Position numbers and translations under genes: made by a program
Assembly (NCBI GenBank): GCA_040387995.1
Contig: JAZKCT010000055.1
Location: forward strand, 5,372-69,371
Origin: Bacteroidota bacterium
Lineage (GTDB): Bacteria; Bacteroidota; Bacteroidia; Sphingobacteriales; Sphingobacteriaceae
Direction: 5' to 3'
Length of the DNA stretch: 64,000 bases
In this document: in pieces, positions 51,318 through 59,745 of the stretch
How positions within the stretch are numbered: position 1 is the first letter of the stretch
Layout: every line of letters begins with the position of its first letter
The notes under the pieces: model-generated
The model's database searches: none
What the model saw: only the letters and a program-made list of their open reading frames with translations
What the model was told of the DNA's origin: nothing

Positions 51318-54059
51318 TTATAAGCGACGTCTTGCATCGTTTCCGGCAGCATCCACATTCTCTTTGTTATTCTGCTTTTTCCCAACGGAGAAGTTGTAGT
51401 TCAGTGACAACCCGATATAACGTGCATAGTCTACTTTATTTCGCACTACGTTCCGGCTAAACTCAGGCGTATTGATCTCATACCTGGGTTTATACAAATG
51501 TAAAGGATCCCAGATCTCCGCCGTACAGTTAAGTTTGTCTTTAAAAAAGCTCTTTTTTATCAGCACATTGACCGACTGCTCCCCAAACTGGTCGTACAAA
51601 TTACGGAAGCTTGGGCTGTTATAGTATCCGGAAATTTCTAAGAAATATTTCCCGGGCAGGTTAAATTTGCTGGATGCCCAAACGTTTTGCGTAAACTTTT
51701 CGCGATGAAATCCAAGATTTCCATCAACCTCAAGTGTCCGGTATCTAAAGGTTGCGTTGGTATTGAACTCCCACCAGCTGGTCAGTTTAATGGGAATATA
51801 AATCGAGGTGAAAACATTATTATTATCACTCAGGTTCTCATCTTTTGAAATGATGAGCTCGCCCTGGTTGGTTACATTTTCAGCGATCCCATTGCTGGTA
51901 TTCTGGTAGCCTGCGGTAAAGGAATACTTATTCTTTAGCAAATATTCCAGCTGGAGGTTATTACTGTAATAGGGAACCAGCTCCGGGTTTCCCAATCGGA
52001 TGGTATTTAAACTGGTGTAGGAAACAAAGGGGTTTAACTGACGAAATCCCGGACGCTCTATTCTTCTGTTATAAGAGAGGGTTAAGGAATGATTTTCTCC
52101 AAGTTTCCGGTTAAAATAGGCAGAAGGAAACAGGTTCCACTGGTTGCGTGCTATTGTGGCACCGGTTATTGGGGAGTGACCGTTGTAATTGGTTTGCTCA
52201 GTTCTTAGCCCAATTTTGTACCCCCATTCTTTGTAGGTTTTAGCAAGTGTCCCGTAAAATGCCAGAATGTGTTCGTTGTACAGGAACTTGTCAGATTGCA
52301 GCGGGTCTATTGGTGCCTGCTCATTGAGTCCAAGTCGGTAATCCAGGCTATAATCGGTAGCTGAACCTGTGTACTTAGCGCCCGCCCCCAAAACCATGGA
52401 ATTGGAAAGATGTTTTTCGAGGTCTGCATTGGCGACGTGAATGGTGGATCTGCCCCTGGTGTAATTAAACAGGCTGTCGCGGGAACGAGATTCCCCACCA
52501 CCTGCGTTTAAAAACCGCGTTTCCAGCGCAGAAGGATCGTTTAAACCATAATAGATAAAGCTATAACCTACATCCAGTCTGCTGCCCATCGTGTCCAGTT
52601 TATTCCGGTAAAAAGCATTAGCCATATGATTGGCGTATTTAAAGGTGGTGGTTCTTTGAGAAATCAGCGAAGAATCGGCCACCTCGGGGTCGGAAGAATA
52701 ATACCTTGCATCGGTAGTCAGGTTATTGCTGATGTCCCCGGGGTTAGCGAACATATTATAGCTCAGACCAATGGTTTGCCTCAGATCCAGTTTATAGTCC
52801 GCGCTCGCATTGTAAGCTACAGAATTGTAACGCTCCAGGTACTTTTCGTCCTGGCGGGTAGACAGTCCGGTGCCGTAGAAGGTTTGCTCGATATGATCCT
52901 CGTAAAATGCGGGCCAGCGCCTATAGTTGAAGCCGCCCTGAAGGTTGAATTTCCCTGCGCGATAGTTTAAAAATGCGGAGCCTATGACATTGCTTTCCGA
53001 GCTGCGAAAGAACCCGGCATTGACATTCCCGGAGAGTCCATATTTAAATTCGGACTTTAAAACGATGTTAACCACAACGCCGGCATTTTGCGCATCACTT
53101 TCCGCTCCCGGCACAATCCTAAGCTCGTAAGACTTAATGGATTCAGAAGGGATAGACCTCAAATAACCCAGCAACTGGTCTCCCGGAAGCAGGATCCTCC
53201 TGTTGTCTACATAAACCGTAATGCCTTCATCACCGCGAAAGCGCAGGTCCCTTCCGTTAAAAGTGACCCCGGGAATCACATTGAAAAGCTGGAGCGCATT
53301 TTGTCCTTTTTCATAAATGCCTCCTTCAATGTTCAGGATCAGTTTATCAATTGACCGGCTGATCAATGGCCGGCTGGCTTTGATGGACACATCTTTTAAT
53401 TGGATGGCCGAAGCCATCAGCAAGATGTCAGCAAGCTGCACCTCCTTTGCTGTTCCCACAGTGATCTTTTGCACAAGGCTGTCGGTTTCCGGGGAAACGA
53501 CTTTAAGCAGGTAATCGCCCTGTTCAAAAACTTTCAGGCTAAACCTGCCGCCGGTATCAGCCAGGGCGGTAAAGATGACCTTTGGATTGGCCTGCTTAAG
53601 GATGCTGATGGTTGCAAATTCCGCTGGTTTGCCCTCAGGGCCTAAAATCCTTCCTTTAATCGTGAATCCGTCCTGCTGATCTCTTTTCTGCAAAAGGATG
53701 CTGTTATCGATCTGCCGGAAAGAAAAGTCGGAATTTCGGAGCAACTCATACAGGGTTGTTTCAACAGAACGGGTGCTGTAGTCTAAATGAAGTCCGGAAA
53801 TTTCCCTGATCTCAGCTTTTCGGAAATAAAAGCGAAAAGGGGTTTGCGCTTCGATTTTGCGAAGCGCTACCAGCAGGCTTTCATCTTCCAGTCGGATAGT
53901 GACACTTTGCTCAGCCATGCTTTGGCCCTTGACATCGGTGGCCAGGGTCATTTGGGCGGAAGCAGAAATGATCAGCAATATAGCAGTACTTATGCGCATC
54001 AGGTGAATGATAAATTTTTCAATAGTTAACCGATCCCACAATATTGTAGAATTTTTCAT
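51318..54059 (-). CDS. TonB-dependent-type outer-membrane receptor with N-terminal STN signalling and carboxypeptidase-regulatory-like domains
   Basis: Long signal region, STN-like IEAQTPFRFYF, D.TGGRFSL, plug IDKLILNIE, beta-barrel with NWNLFPSAY and YNRRIERP; no susD follows. Confidence 0.8.
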   Translation of the reverse strand: MKNSTILWDRLTIEKFIIHLMRISTAILLIISASAQMTLATDVKGQSMAEQSVTIRLEDESLLVALRKIEAQTPFRFYFRKAEIREISGLHLDYSTRSVETTLYELLRNSDFSFRQIDNSILLQKRDQQDGFTIKGRILGPEGKPAEFATISILKQANPKVIFTALADTGGRFSLKVFEQGDYLLKVVSPETDSLVQKITVGTAKEVQLADILLMASAIQLKDVSIKASRPLISRSIDKLILNIEGGIYEKGQNALQLFNVIPGVTFNGRDLRFRGDEGITVYVDNRRILLPGDQLLGYLRSIPSESIKSYELRIVPGAESDAQNAGVVVNIVLKSEFKYGLSGNVNAGFFRSSESNVIGSAFLNYRAGKFNLQGGFNYRRWPAFYEDHIEQTFYGTGLSTRQDEKYLERYNSVAYNASADYKLDLRQTIGLSYNMFANPGDISNNLTTDARYYSSDPEVADSSLISQRTTTFKYANHMANAFYRNKLDTMGSRLDVGYSFIYYGLNDPSALETRFLNAGGGESRSRDSLFNYTRGRSTIHVANADLEKHLSNSMVLGAGAKYTGSATDYSLDYRLGLNEQAPIDPLQSDKFLYNEHILAFYGTLAKTYKEWGYKIGLRTEQTNYNGHSPITGATIARNQWNLFPSAYFNRKLGENHSLTLSYNRRIERPGFRQLNPFVSYTSLNTIRLGNPELVPYYSNNLQLEYLLKNKYSFTAGYQNTSNGIAENVTNQGELIISKDENLSDNNNVFTSIYIPIKLTSWWEFNTNATFRYRTLEVDGNLGFHREKFTQNVWASSKFNLPGKYFLEISGYYNSPSFRNLYDQFGEQSVNVLIKKSFFKDKLNCTAEIWDPLHLYKPRYEINTPEFSRNVVRNKVDYARYIGLSLNYNFSVGKKQNNKENVDAAGNDARRRL

Positions 54060-54114
54060 AATTTTAAATGTTTTAAGTGATTCCGAATTGTTTAAAACCC
54101 CGGTTTTCCGGGAT

Positions 54115-54146
54115 ACCCGTAAACTGATTGCCGTCGGTTTACGGGT
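54115..54146. other. Intergenic hairpin between fecR and the receptor gene
   Basis: ACCCGTAAAC / GTTTACGGGT 10-bp stem next to an A/T tract. Confidence 0.55.
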
Positions 54147-54230
54147 TCTTTTTTTGGGGTATTGCTTCTAAAGCGTTCCCACCGGCGCCAGGCATTAGGT
54201 GCTATTCATATTCATTTTGTCTTCATGCGA

Positions 54231-55211
54231 TTAATTACAGCCCTGGCCGTAAATGGTGATACTGCCGTCGGATTGCTGTTTCCATGTGGCGTTGTTGAAT
54301 CCACAGATCACGTTTAAGATTTTAGCTAATTGATCCTGTTTAAATGTGCTGCCGCTGAACCGGCAGGTTTTTAACTTTTCATTATCAAAGGATATCTTTA
54401 CTTGGAAGTGTTTTTCCAACTGTGCCGCTGCGCTTTCAAAAGTGACATCATCAAAGTCCATTTCGTTGCTTATCCAGGCAATTATTTTTTCGGCCTCAAT
54501 TGTTTTTTTGCTGAAATTTCCGCTTAACAAGTCGACGGTTACCTGCTGATCAGGGGTGAGAATACTGATTTTATCTCCCCTGGTGACGCTCACCCTTCCG
54601 CGCGTTACGGTAACCTCAACACTTTGTCCGGTTTTGTTTTCTTTAACATTAAATGCGGTTCCAAGTACAGTGGTGGTTACCTCCCCGGTATGGATCACAA
54701 ACGGTCTGCCGGCATCGTGTTTAACGTCAAAAAAACCTTCTCCAGAAAGAGAGACGGTTCTCAATTTTTTATTAAAATCTGGTTCATATTTTAATTCAGA
54801 ACCGGCATTCAGCCAAACCCGGGTGCCATCTGGCAGCGTAATTTGTCTTTTTTGCGCTTTCGCTTCAGCGATCACTGTCGTTTTTGTACTAAGATCATCC
54901 TGATCTGACCATGGCCTGCTCAGGTATATGCCAAAAAGCAAGACCAGTAACGCAGCGACACCCGCTAGCTTATACCATAGGTAGTGATTGGGCGTCTTCA
55001 CCAATGATTTTGGTTCATTCTTATGAATCGATGTTTTGATGTCTGCAAATACACCTGAAAGCCACTGGTCTTTATCCGAACGGTTGAGCTGCTGCCAGCC
55101 AGGATCAGCAATACTGTTTTCAGTCAGCCATTTTTCTACCAGGCGGTCTTCCTCAATGGAGGTCTCCCTGTTCAGGTATCGGTCTAGTAGGATTTTTGTA
55201 TTCGGGTTCAT
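54231..55211 (-). CDS. FecR-family anti-sigma factor
   Basis: LLDRYL..ETS.EE, TM helix, ITLPDGTRVWLNAGSEL, LSGEGFFDVKHD..RPF, VLGTAFNV. Confidence 0.95.
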   Translation of the reverse strand: MNPNTKILLDRYLNRETSIEEDRLVEKWLTENSIADPGWQQLNRSDKDQWLSGVFADIKTSIHKNEPKSLVKTPNHYLWYKLAGVAALLVLLFGIYLSRPWSDQDDLSTKTTVIAEAKAQKRQITLPDGTRVWLNAGSELKYEPDFNKKLRTVSLSGEGFFDVKHDAGRPFVIHTGEVTTTVLGTAFNVKENKTGQSVEVTVTRGRVSVTRGDKISILTPDQQVTVDLLSGNFSKKTIEAEKIIAWISNEMDFDDVTFESAAAQLEKHFQVKISFDNEKLKTCRFSGSTFKQDQLAKILNVICGFNNATWKQQSDGSITIYGQGCN

Positions 55212-55230
55212 ATTTCCGGATTTTGACTAT

Positions 55231-55256
55231 AGACGTATGAACTGCCGTTTGGTACC
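55231..55256 (-). promoter_or_regulatory. Possible ECF-type promoter for fecR
   Basis: Minus strand GGTACC-N15-CGTCT, 19 bp upstream of the ATG; resemblance only. Confidence 0.3.
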
Positions 55257-55475
55257 ATATCAAAATGAATTATTTTTTTTGACGACCACACCTTAAAAAA
55301 GGAAAGTCAATAGTAAACGGTTTAGTTTTAAGTAATCCATCTTATTTTGTGGCTGAAAATCAAATAGTAGAACTTATGATCAGCTCATTGGTAAAATCCT
55401 TTTCCAAATGATCAGAAGGCACGATGCCCGAAAGGGCCGCCGGAAATTTGTGTCTTTAAATTCAGCACTGAAACC

Positions 55476-55688
55476 TCAAAATAGGCAAGTAATTAGGCCA
55501 AATAGAATCAATAACAAGCCGATGCCGTTTAACAGCCATTCCAGAAATTTGATCAATAGGCTCGCTAAATAACCGGAATAAACCGGCATCCCTGCCGCAT
55601 TTCTGCGGTAAAACCTGCGTCTGCCGATCAGGTAACGGATAAATAAACCTGCCGCTAATAGTAGCAGCCCATCTATATCTAAATGCAT
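55476..55688 (-). CDS. Small two-TM membrane protein typical of Bacteroidota mobile elements
   Basis: RYLIGRRRFYRRNAAG between two TM helices. Confidence 0.7.
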   Translation of the reverse strand: MHLDIDGLLLLAAGLFIRYLIGRRRFYRRNAAGMPVYSGYLASLLIKFLEWLLNGIGLLLILFGLITCLF

Positions 55689-55702
55689 AATTTTTTCAGT
55701 TT

Positions 55703-55729
55703 AAAAAGGGGAGGGTCTATATCCTCCCC
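55703..55729 (-). terminator. Hairpin with U-tract on the minus strand
   Basis: GGGGAGG / CCTCCCC stem, AAAAA on the plus strand. Confidence 0.55.
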
Positions 55730-55742
55730 GATAAAGAATAGA

Positions 55743-56219
55743 TTAAAAGTGCATCAGTAATATTCTTCGACTGGTCAGCCGGTTTGCCACCCAAACATGA
55801 CTTTGCCCGTAACCTGTGCTAAACTCTGCTGATGAACCTACAATTTCCTGGCAATCTCTGGCCAATTTGCGCAATACGTATTCTTGATAGGTTTCCCCCC
55901 TTTTTTTTGCATTGGGATAAACCTCCAGACCGTATCGGTTATAAAACCGGAGCAGGTCAATTACCTGGTGCAAAGCCTCGGGCAGGCTTGGGGTTTCCAG
56001 AATTCCAAAAATCAGCTTCCCGGTTTCGTTTGTTGCCTCGGGATACCTTAACAAGTAAATGCCGTGGGTATCTAGCCTCCAATTGCTGTACCCGTGCTTT
56101 CTGCAAAATTCGCAGGCCTGATTAAAGGCCGATATTTCATCGTCTCCTTTGCGCAGGTATAATCTTAAGCCTAAAGCATCGAGCGGGGAAAGGTATAGGT
56201 TTGTTGTTTGCGTATCCAT
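55743..56219 (-). CDS. Hypothetical protein (mobile-element cargo)
   Basis: 158 aa ORF co-oriented with neighbours; GYGQSHVWV..RILLMHF C-terminal motif. Confidence 0.7.
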   Translation of the reverse strand: MDTQTTNLYLSPLDALGLRLYLRKGDDEISAFNQACEFCRKHGYSNWRLDTHGIYLLRYPEATNETGKLIFGILETPSLPEALHQVIDLLRFYNRYGLEVYPNAKKRGETYQEYVLRKLARDCQEIVGSSAEFSTGYGQSHVWVANRLTSRRILLMHF

Positions 56220-56258
56220 AACGTGGTAATAGTGGGGGCTTTCGCCCCCGTGAAAAAA

Positions 56259-57320
56259 TCAGTTAAATTCTATTGCGCCGTATCTTGAAAAATCAGCGCA
56301 GAGGTCAAAGGCCTTTTGCCCTTTTTGCAGACCTGTCCCGTACATAATGGATTTGAACTTGCTTTCGGTATCCCTATAAGTTTTGAAGTTTTGATAGTAT
56401 CCGGTAATGGCATTGTAAGCGCCAAATAAAGTCCCCTTTGTGGTTTCTTCCTGCTGGCTTGGGCTAGTCATTGCGTATTCAAATACGTTGTCAATGGTAT
56501 TTTTATACAGGCTGGAAAGGTTGTCTAAATTGCCATTTTGAAGCGCTTCAGTCGTTTCTCTGTTGGGTGCCATGGCAATTTGAATGAGTTTTTTAACTTC
56601 ACTATCTGAAATTCTGATCCTAGACCAGTGGTTAAATACTTCTTCCAGTTCACCAGCTAACTGGTTGCTTAAGCCCAATAGCCGGTGCGCTACTTTTAGC
56701 CTGTCCTGTACGTTGGCGGTATGTTTTAAGCGGATGCAATTGGTTTTGTTGCGCATAGCGGCATTTAAAGTATTGTTACAAACAATGCGGGTGGGGGTAA
56801 AAGCGGCGGTAATGCTTCCATAACCATCGTGCGAAGTGGTCAGAAAAAGGTATTTTTCAATCAAATCGTTACGGCCGACACGGATATAATCGGGCAATTT
56901 TGCAGTGATAAAGATCCGCTCACCTTTACCTAATGCGCCCGCTGTCTCATACTGGATGCCGCCACTTCCCCCGACAATGCTGTCAAAAAATTCAAAGGCC
57001 TGCACGTTTTGCACAATCTCATAATCCCTGCCCACTACGCCCAAAACATCCTCTGTATCGGTGCGTACAGTAGCGTAATAATCAGGAACTTTGAGTTCAG
57101 CAATGACTAAATCCCGGTCGGGGTCGCCTACATTGTTTTCATTGTCGTAGGTAAACAGCTTGCGCTTTTCTACCGTGTAATCCAGTCCGGCATAGCGCAG
57201 GGCTTCACTACTGGTCGGGTAATTTTCTATAATTGTGCCCAGCCCGTGCCATGCTTTTTCTTTTACGCTCATAAAGGCGTGTTTCCCTGTAGCCGTGTTA
57301 TAATTTAAGTTGTGTGCCAT
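56259..57320 (-). CDS. DUF932-family phage/plasmid-like protein
   Basis: MAHNLN, AWHGLG, VVGRDYEIVQN..AFEFFD, YETAGAL..GERIFITAKLP, TSHDGYG, RIVCNNTL, TLFGAYNAITGY. Confidence 0.88.
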   Translation of the reverse strand: MAHNLNYNTATGKHAFMSVKEKAWHGLGTIIENYPTSSEALRYAGLDYTVEKRKLFTYDNENNVGDPDRDLVIAELKVPDYYATVRTDTEDVLGVVGRDYEIVQNVQAFEFFDSIVGGSGGIQYETAGALGKGERIFITAKLPDYIRVGRNDLIEKYLFLTTSHDGYGSITAAFTPTRIVCNNTLNAAMRNKTNCIRLKHTANVQDRLKVAHRLLGLSNQLAGELEEVFNHWSRIRISDSEVKKLIQIAMAPNRETTEALQNGNLDNLSSLYKNTIDNVFEYAMTSPSQQEETTKGTLFGAYNAITGYYQNFKTYRDTESKFKSIMYGTGLQKGQKAFDLCADFSRYGAIEFN

Positions 57321-57325
57321 GATAG

Positions 57326-57505
57326 TTAGTTTAAGGGGTTAAATGGTGCTGTTGTTAAAATCTCTGTTTCTATTACGGTAATATTCTTCGTGCCTGAAAA
57401 CTGGTACTTGGTCTCCTGCTCAAATTCCTGTACGGTTTCCGACAAATTGGAAAGTTTGCTATCTACCGTTACCCTAATGGTCAGGTATAAATGGTGCTGT
57501 TTCAT
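57326..57505 (-). CDS. 59-aa ORF missing from the ORF track; paralog of 57474-57698
   Basis: Hand translation MKQHHLYLTIRVTVDSKLSNLSETVQEFEQETKYQFSGTKNITVIETEILTTAPFNPLN; stop lies 5 bp before the DUF932 ATG. Confidence 0.7.
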   Translation of the reverse strand: MKQHHLYLTIRVTVDSKLSNLSETVQEFEQETKYQFSGTKNITVIETEILTTAPFNPLN

Positions 57506-57698
57506 AAGAATTCAATTTATTAATGTGCGGATTGCGAACCCTTGATAACAGGATTTCAGTTTCCATAATATTGACATTGGCCGTATCGGTCATGGCTAAT
57601 TTGGAATGGCTTTCAACCTCGCTGACAATAGCAGATAGGCTTTCATGATCGGCGTGAACGGTCACGCGGACCATAATAAATAGTGTTTCGTACTTCAT
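57474..57698 (-). CDS. Small hypothetical protein, tandem paralog
   Basis: MKYETLFIMVRVTV...N.N+METEIL aligns with the 59-aa ORF. Confidence 0.7.
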   Translation of the reverse strand: MKYETLFIMVRVTVHADHESLSAIVSEVESHSKLAMTDTANVNIMETEILLSRVRNPHINKLNSYETAPFIPDH

Positions 57699-57832
57699 AG
57701 CGGTAAAGCATGGTTAGTTTTAAATTCCCTGAACTGGCTATTAAAGGCGGCCGGATTATCGTTTTCCAATTCATCTGCGTATCCTTCCCAGTAAAGCCGG
57801 TCTAAAAATTCAATAAATGCGTCTAACATCAT
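57695..57832 (-). CDS. 45-aa acidic ORF missing from the ORF track
   Basis: MMLDAFIEFLDRLYWEGYADELENDNPAAFNSQFREFKTNHALPL; ATGA stop/start overlap with the next gene. Confidence 0.6.
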   Translation of the reverse strand: MMLDAFIEFLDRLYWEGYADELENDNPAAFNSQFREFKTNHALPL

Positions 57833-57885
57833 CGTAGATTTAAGTGAATAGTAGCCTCCCAAACCAGTCGGGAGGCAATCAGAAT

Positions 57886-58470
57886 TTAAAGGGTTAAAGA
57901 AATTTGGCTTTCTACTTCAGTCAATTTATCAGTGCAAAGCGTTTTAATGTTGTTTGCCACCTGGTTAATAATAAAAGGGTTTTTCGTGCTGAACGTATTG
58001 CCGTTATCATCGGTAATTTTCAGCTCGCAACGCTGAAAATGGTTCAGGTTGGTTTCCTCTGCTTCGTCCTCCTGTTTGATCTCAAAGGATTCTAAATTGT
58101 CAATCGTGCCGATCAACTTTTCCCTTTGGTTGGACAAACGGCTTAAATCTTTGATTTTTTTCAAGGTCTGCTCTAAATTTAAAGCCGGTTTTTCCTGCAA
58201 CAGTTGCGCTTTAATTTCCAGTTTAGTAGGTTCAGCTTTCACTTCTTCGGGTTTTGCTTCCTCTGCTTTCTTTTCAGATACCGCATTGACCGGATTACCC
58301 GCCACAAATTTTGGCTCCTCTTTTTTTCTCGGCTCTTCCGCCTTTTTTTCCTCAAAAGCCTGGCTTAAGGGCAACCCATTAGCCGTTGGCGTTTTTACTG
58401 CTTCCACTGATTTTACAGGAATGTTATTTACTTTGTTGTCTTTTTCGCTGGTGATTACTGTAGTTTTCAT
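57886..58470 (-). CDS. Hypothetical protein, first gene of the leading-region cassette
   Basis: Low-complexity Lys/Glu/Pro N-half, coiled-coil C-half with FSTKNPFII; AT-rich Bacteroidota-type start context. Confidence 0.8.
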   Translation of the reverse strand: MKTTVITSEKDNKVNNIPVKSVEAVKTPTANGLPLSQAFEEKKAEEPRKKEEPKFVAGNPVNAVSEKKAEEAKPEEVKAEPTKLEIKAQLLQEKPALNLEQTLKKIKDLSRLSNQREKLIGTIDNLESFEIKQEDEAEETNLNHFQRCELKITDDNGNTFSTKNPFIINQVANNIKTLCTDKLTEVESQISLTL

Positions 58471-58665
58471 GATCTTTTATTTTTAGTGTTCTCTGATAGT
58501 TAAATAATATGTTGTGAGCCGTTAATTGCTTTATGGGATTCTTCGCCGTGCTAAGGCGGTGCTTTATTTTTTGCCTGTTTCATGTCCTTAATTTTTTTAG
58601 CCGTCCTGCCTCCGCCCTTCGGCAGGAGCCATTTCCGGCTTTTTGTTAAGCACCCGCTCCTGAAA

Positions 58666-58907
58666 GGCAGGGGTTACAGGCAAGGCTTTTGGAAAAAAAA
58701 TACTACCCAAGCGAAGCGCAGGTGTGGAGATTATTTTTCTAAAACCAGCGAAGCAAAGCGGAGCCGCCTTGACTAGGTAATCCCTGCCAATCAGAAATTT
58801 GTTGCGCAAACAGCCAAAATCAACCCTTATCAACCCTATGAGAATCTCACAAAAAACTTAAGCAAGGGAGAGCAAGTCTGGCCTTAAGGAACGGCGGCCA
58901 GTCTTGC
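58666..58907. promoter_or_regulatory. Large imperfect stem-loops (ssDNA promoter / ssi-like candidate)
   Basis: 58666-58677 pairs with 58777-58788, 58681-58686 with 58766-58771, 58687-58701 with 58730-58744; second hairpin at 58872-58907. Confidence 0.5.
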
Positions 58908-58983
58908 AAAAAAAGCAGCAATGCGGCTGAAGGGAAGTATGACCAAAGCGGCAGCGCTGCGCACCTGACATGCACCCATAAAA

Positions 58984-59628
58984 TCAATTGCTTTTAAACA
59001 AAAGCGGATCATCATCACCTGGTTTTCTCACGATGTAAACCGTCTTAAATTCCGGTGGGGGACAGGAATACAGCCTGCGTGCCAGTTCCACTGCTGCCAG
59101 TACGGAACTGGCTTTAGCTACACCCATGCCTTTGAAACTACACAACGAAGAATAGCTACTGCTTTTCAGCATATGGATCTTTCCGCCCATGCCTTCCAGT
59201 ATGCGGCCGGCCAGCTCAATAGCCGATTCGCCAGGCGAACCCGAGCCCAGCAAAATAGCCAGCAGTTCCGCATTATTTATTTTATTTGCACCATGCGCAA
59301 ACAGCTTTTCCCTTGGACGTGTATCCTCAGGCATCGCTTTAATCCCTTTTGAAACCCTCGATTCTTCTGCCACCTCTCTAAGCGTCTGGTATCCGCGCCC
59401 CTGGTAAGCAGCCGACTGGAATAGCGAAGCGAAAGCGCTGATAAAATCCTCCAGGTGATTTTCAAAAACGACGAACGACCACCTTTTATAGCTGCCGTCG
59501 GGCTGCTGTTCACTGCGGGTTAACTGGATATAGCGGCTGTCATTCTCCGCGCGTTTAAAATCTAAAAAGTAATGTCTTTTGTCAGTGGCCGAAAAGGATT
59601 CCGAGGCCAGTATTTCTTTCTTTTTCAT
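58984..59628 (-). CDS. PUR-alpha-like (DUF3276) domain fused to the RadC N-terminal HhH region, lacking the JAB domain
   Basis: RHYFLDFKRAEND.RYIQLT.S PUR-like N-half; RPREKL...G...+NNAELLAILLGSG...SAIELA..IL and GMGVAKA..+LAAVELARR. Confidence 0.8.
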   Translation of the reverse strand: MKKKEILASESFSATDKRHYFLDFKRAENDSRYIQLTRSEQQPDGSYKRWSFVVFENHLEDFISAFASLFQSAAYQGRGYQTLREVAEESRVSKGIKAMPEDTRPREKLFAHGANKINNAELLAILLGSGSPGESAIELAGRILEGMGGKIHMLKSSSYSSLCSFKGMGVAKASSVLAAVELARRLYSCPPPEFKTVYIVRKPGDDDPLLFKSN

Positions 59629-59692
59629 GGTGCTTAGAATTAGTTCCCAGCAAAGCTCTGCAAGCTAAAATGCTGCAATCGGTACAAAAACA

Positions 59693-59745
59693 ACTTACCT
59701 GATCCGGTATTTTAACACCCGATCCAACAAGCACTTACCCGATCT
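59693..59745. repeat. Three direct repeats ACC(C/T)GATC at exact 20-bp spacing
   Basis: Starts at 59697, 59717 and 59737, in the divergent intergenic region. Confidence 0.75.

Larger units (their letters stand above)
55476..59628 (-). mobile_element. ICE/conjugative-element leading-region-like cassette; no integrase or tra genes in the window
   Basis: Co-oriented small ORFs, DUF932, PUR-RadC_N fusion, GC-rich intergenic hairpins, large imperfect stem-loop upstream. Confidence 0.55.

Noticed and set aside
58582-58833. Two overlapping short ORFs (64 and 78 aa) in the stem-loop region
   Set aside because: No recognisable motifs or start context; the sequence is better explained by its inverted-repeat structure.
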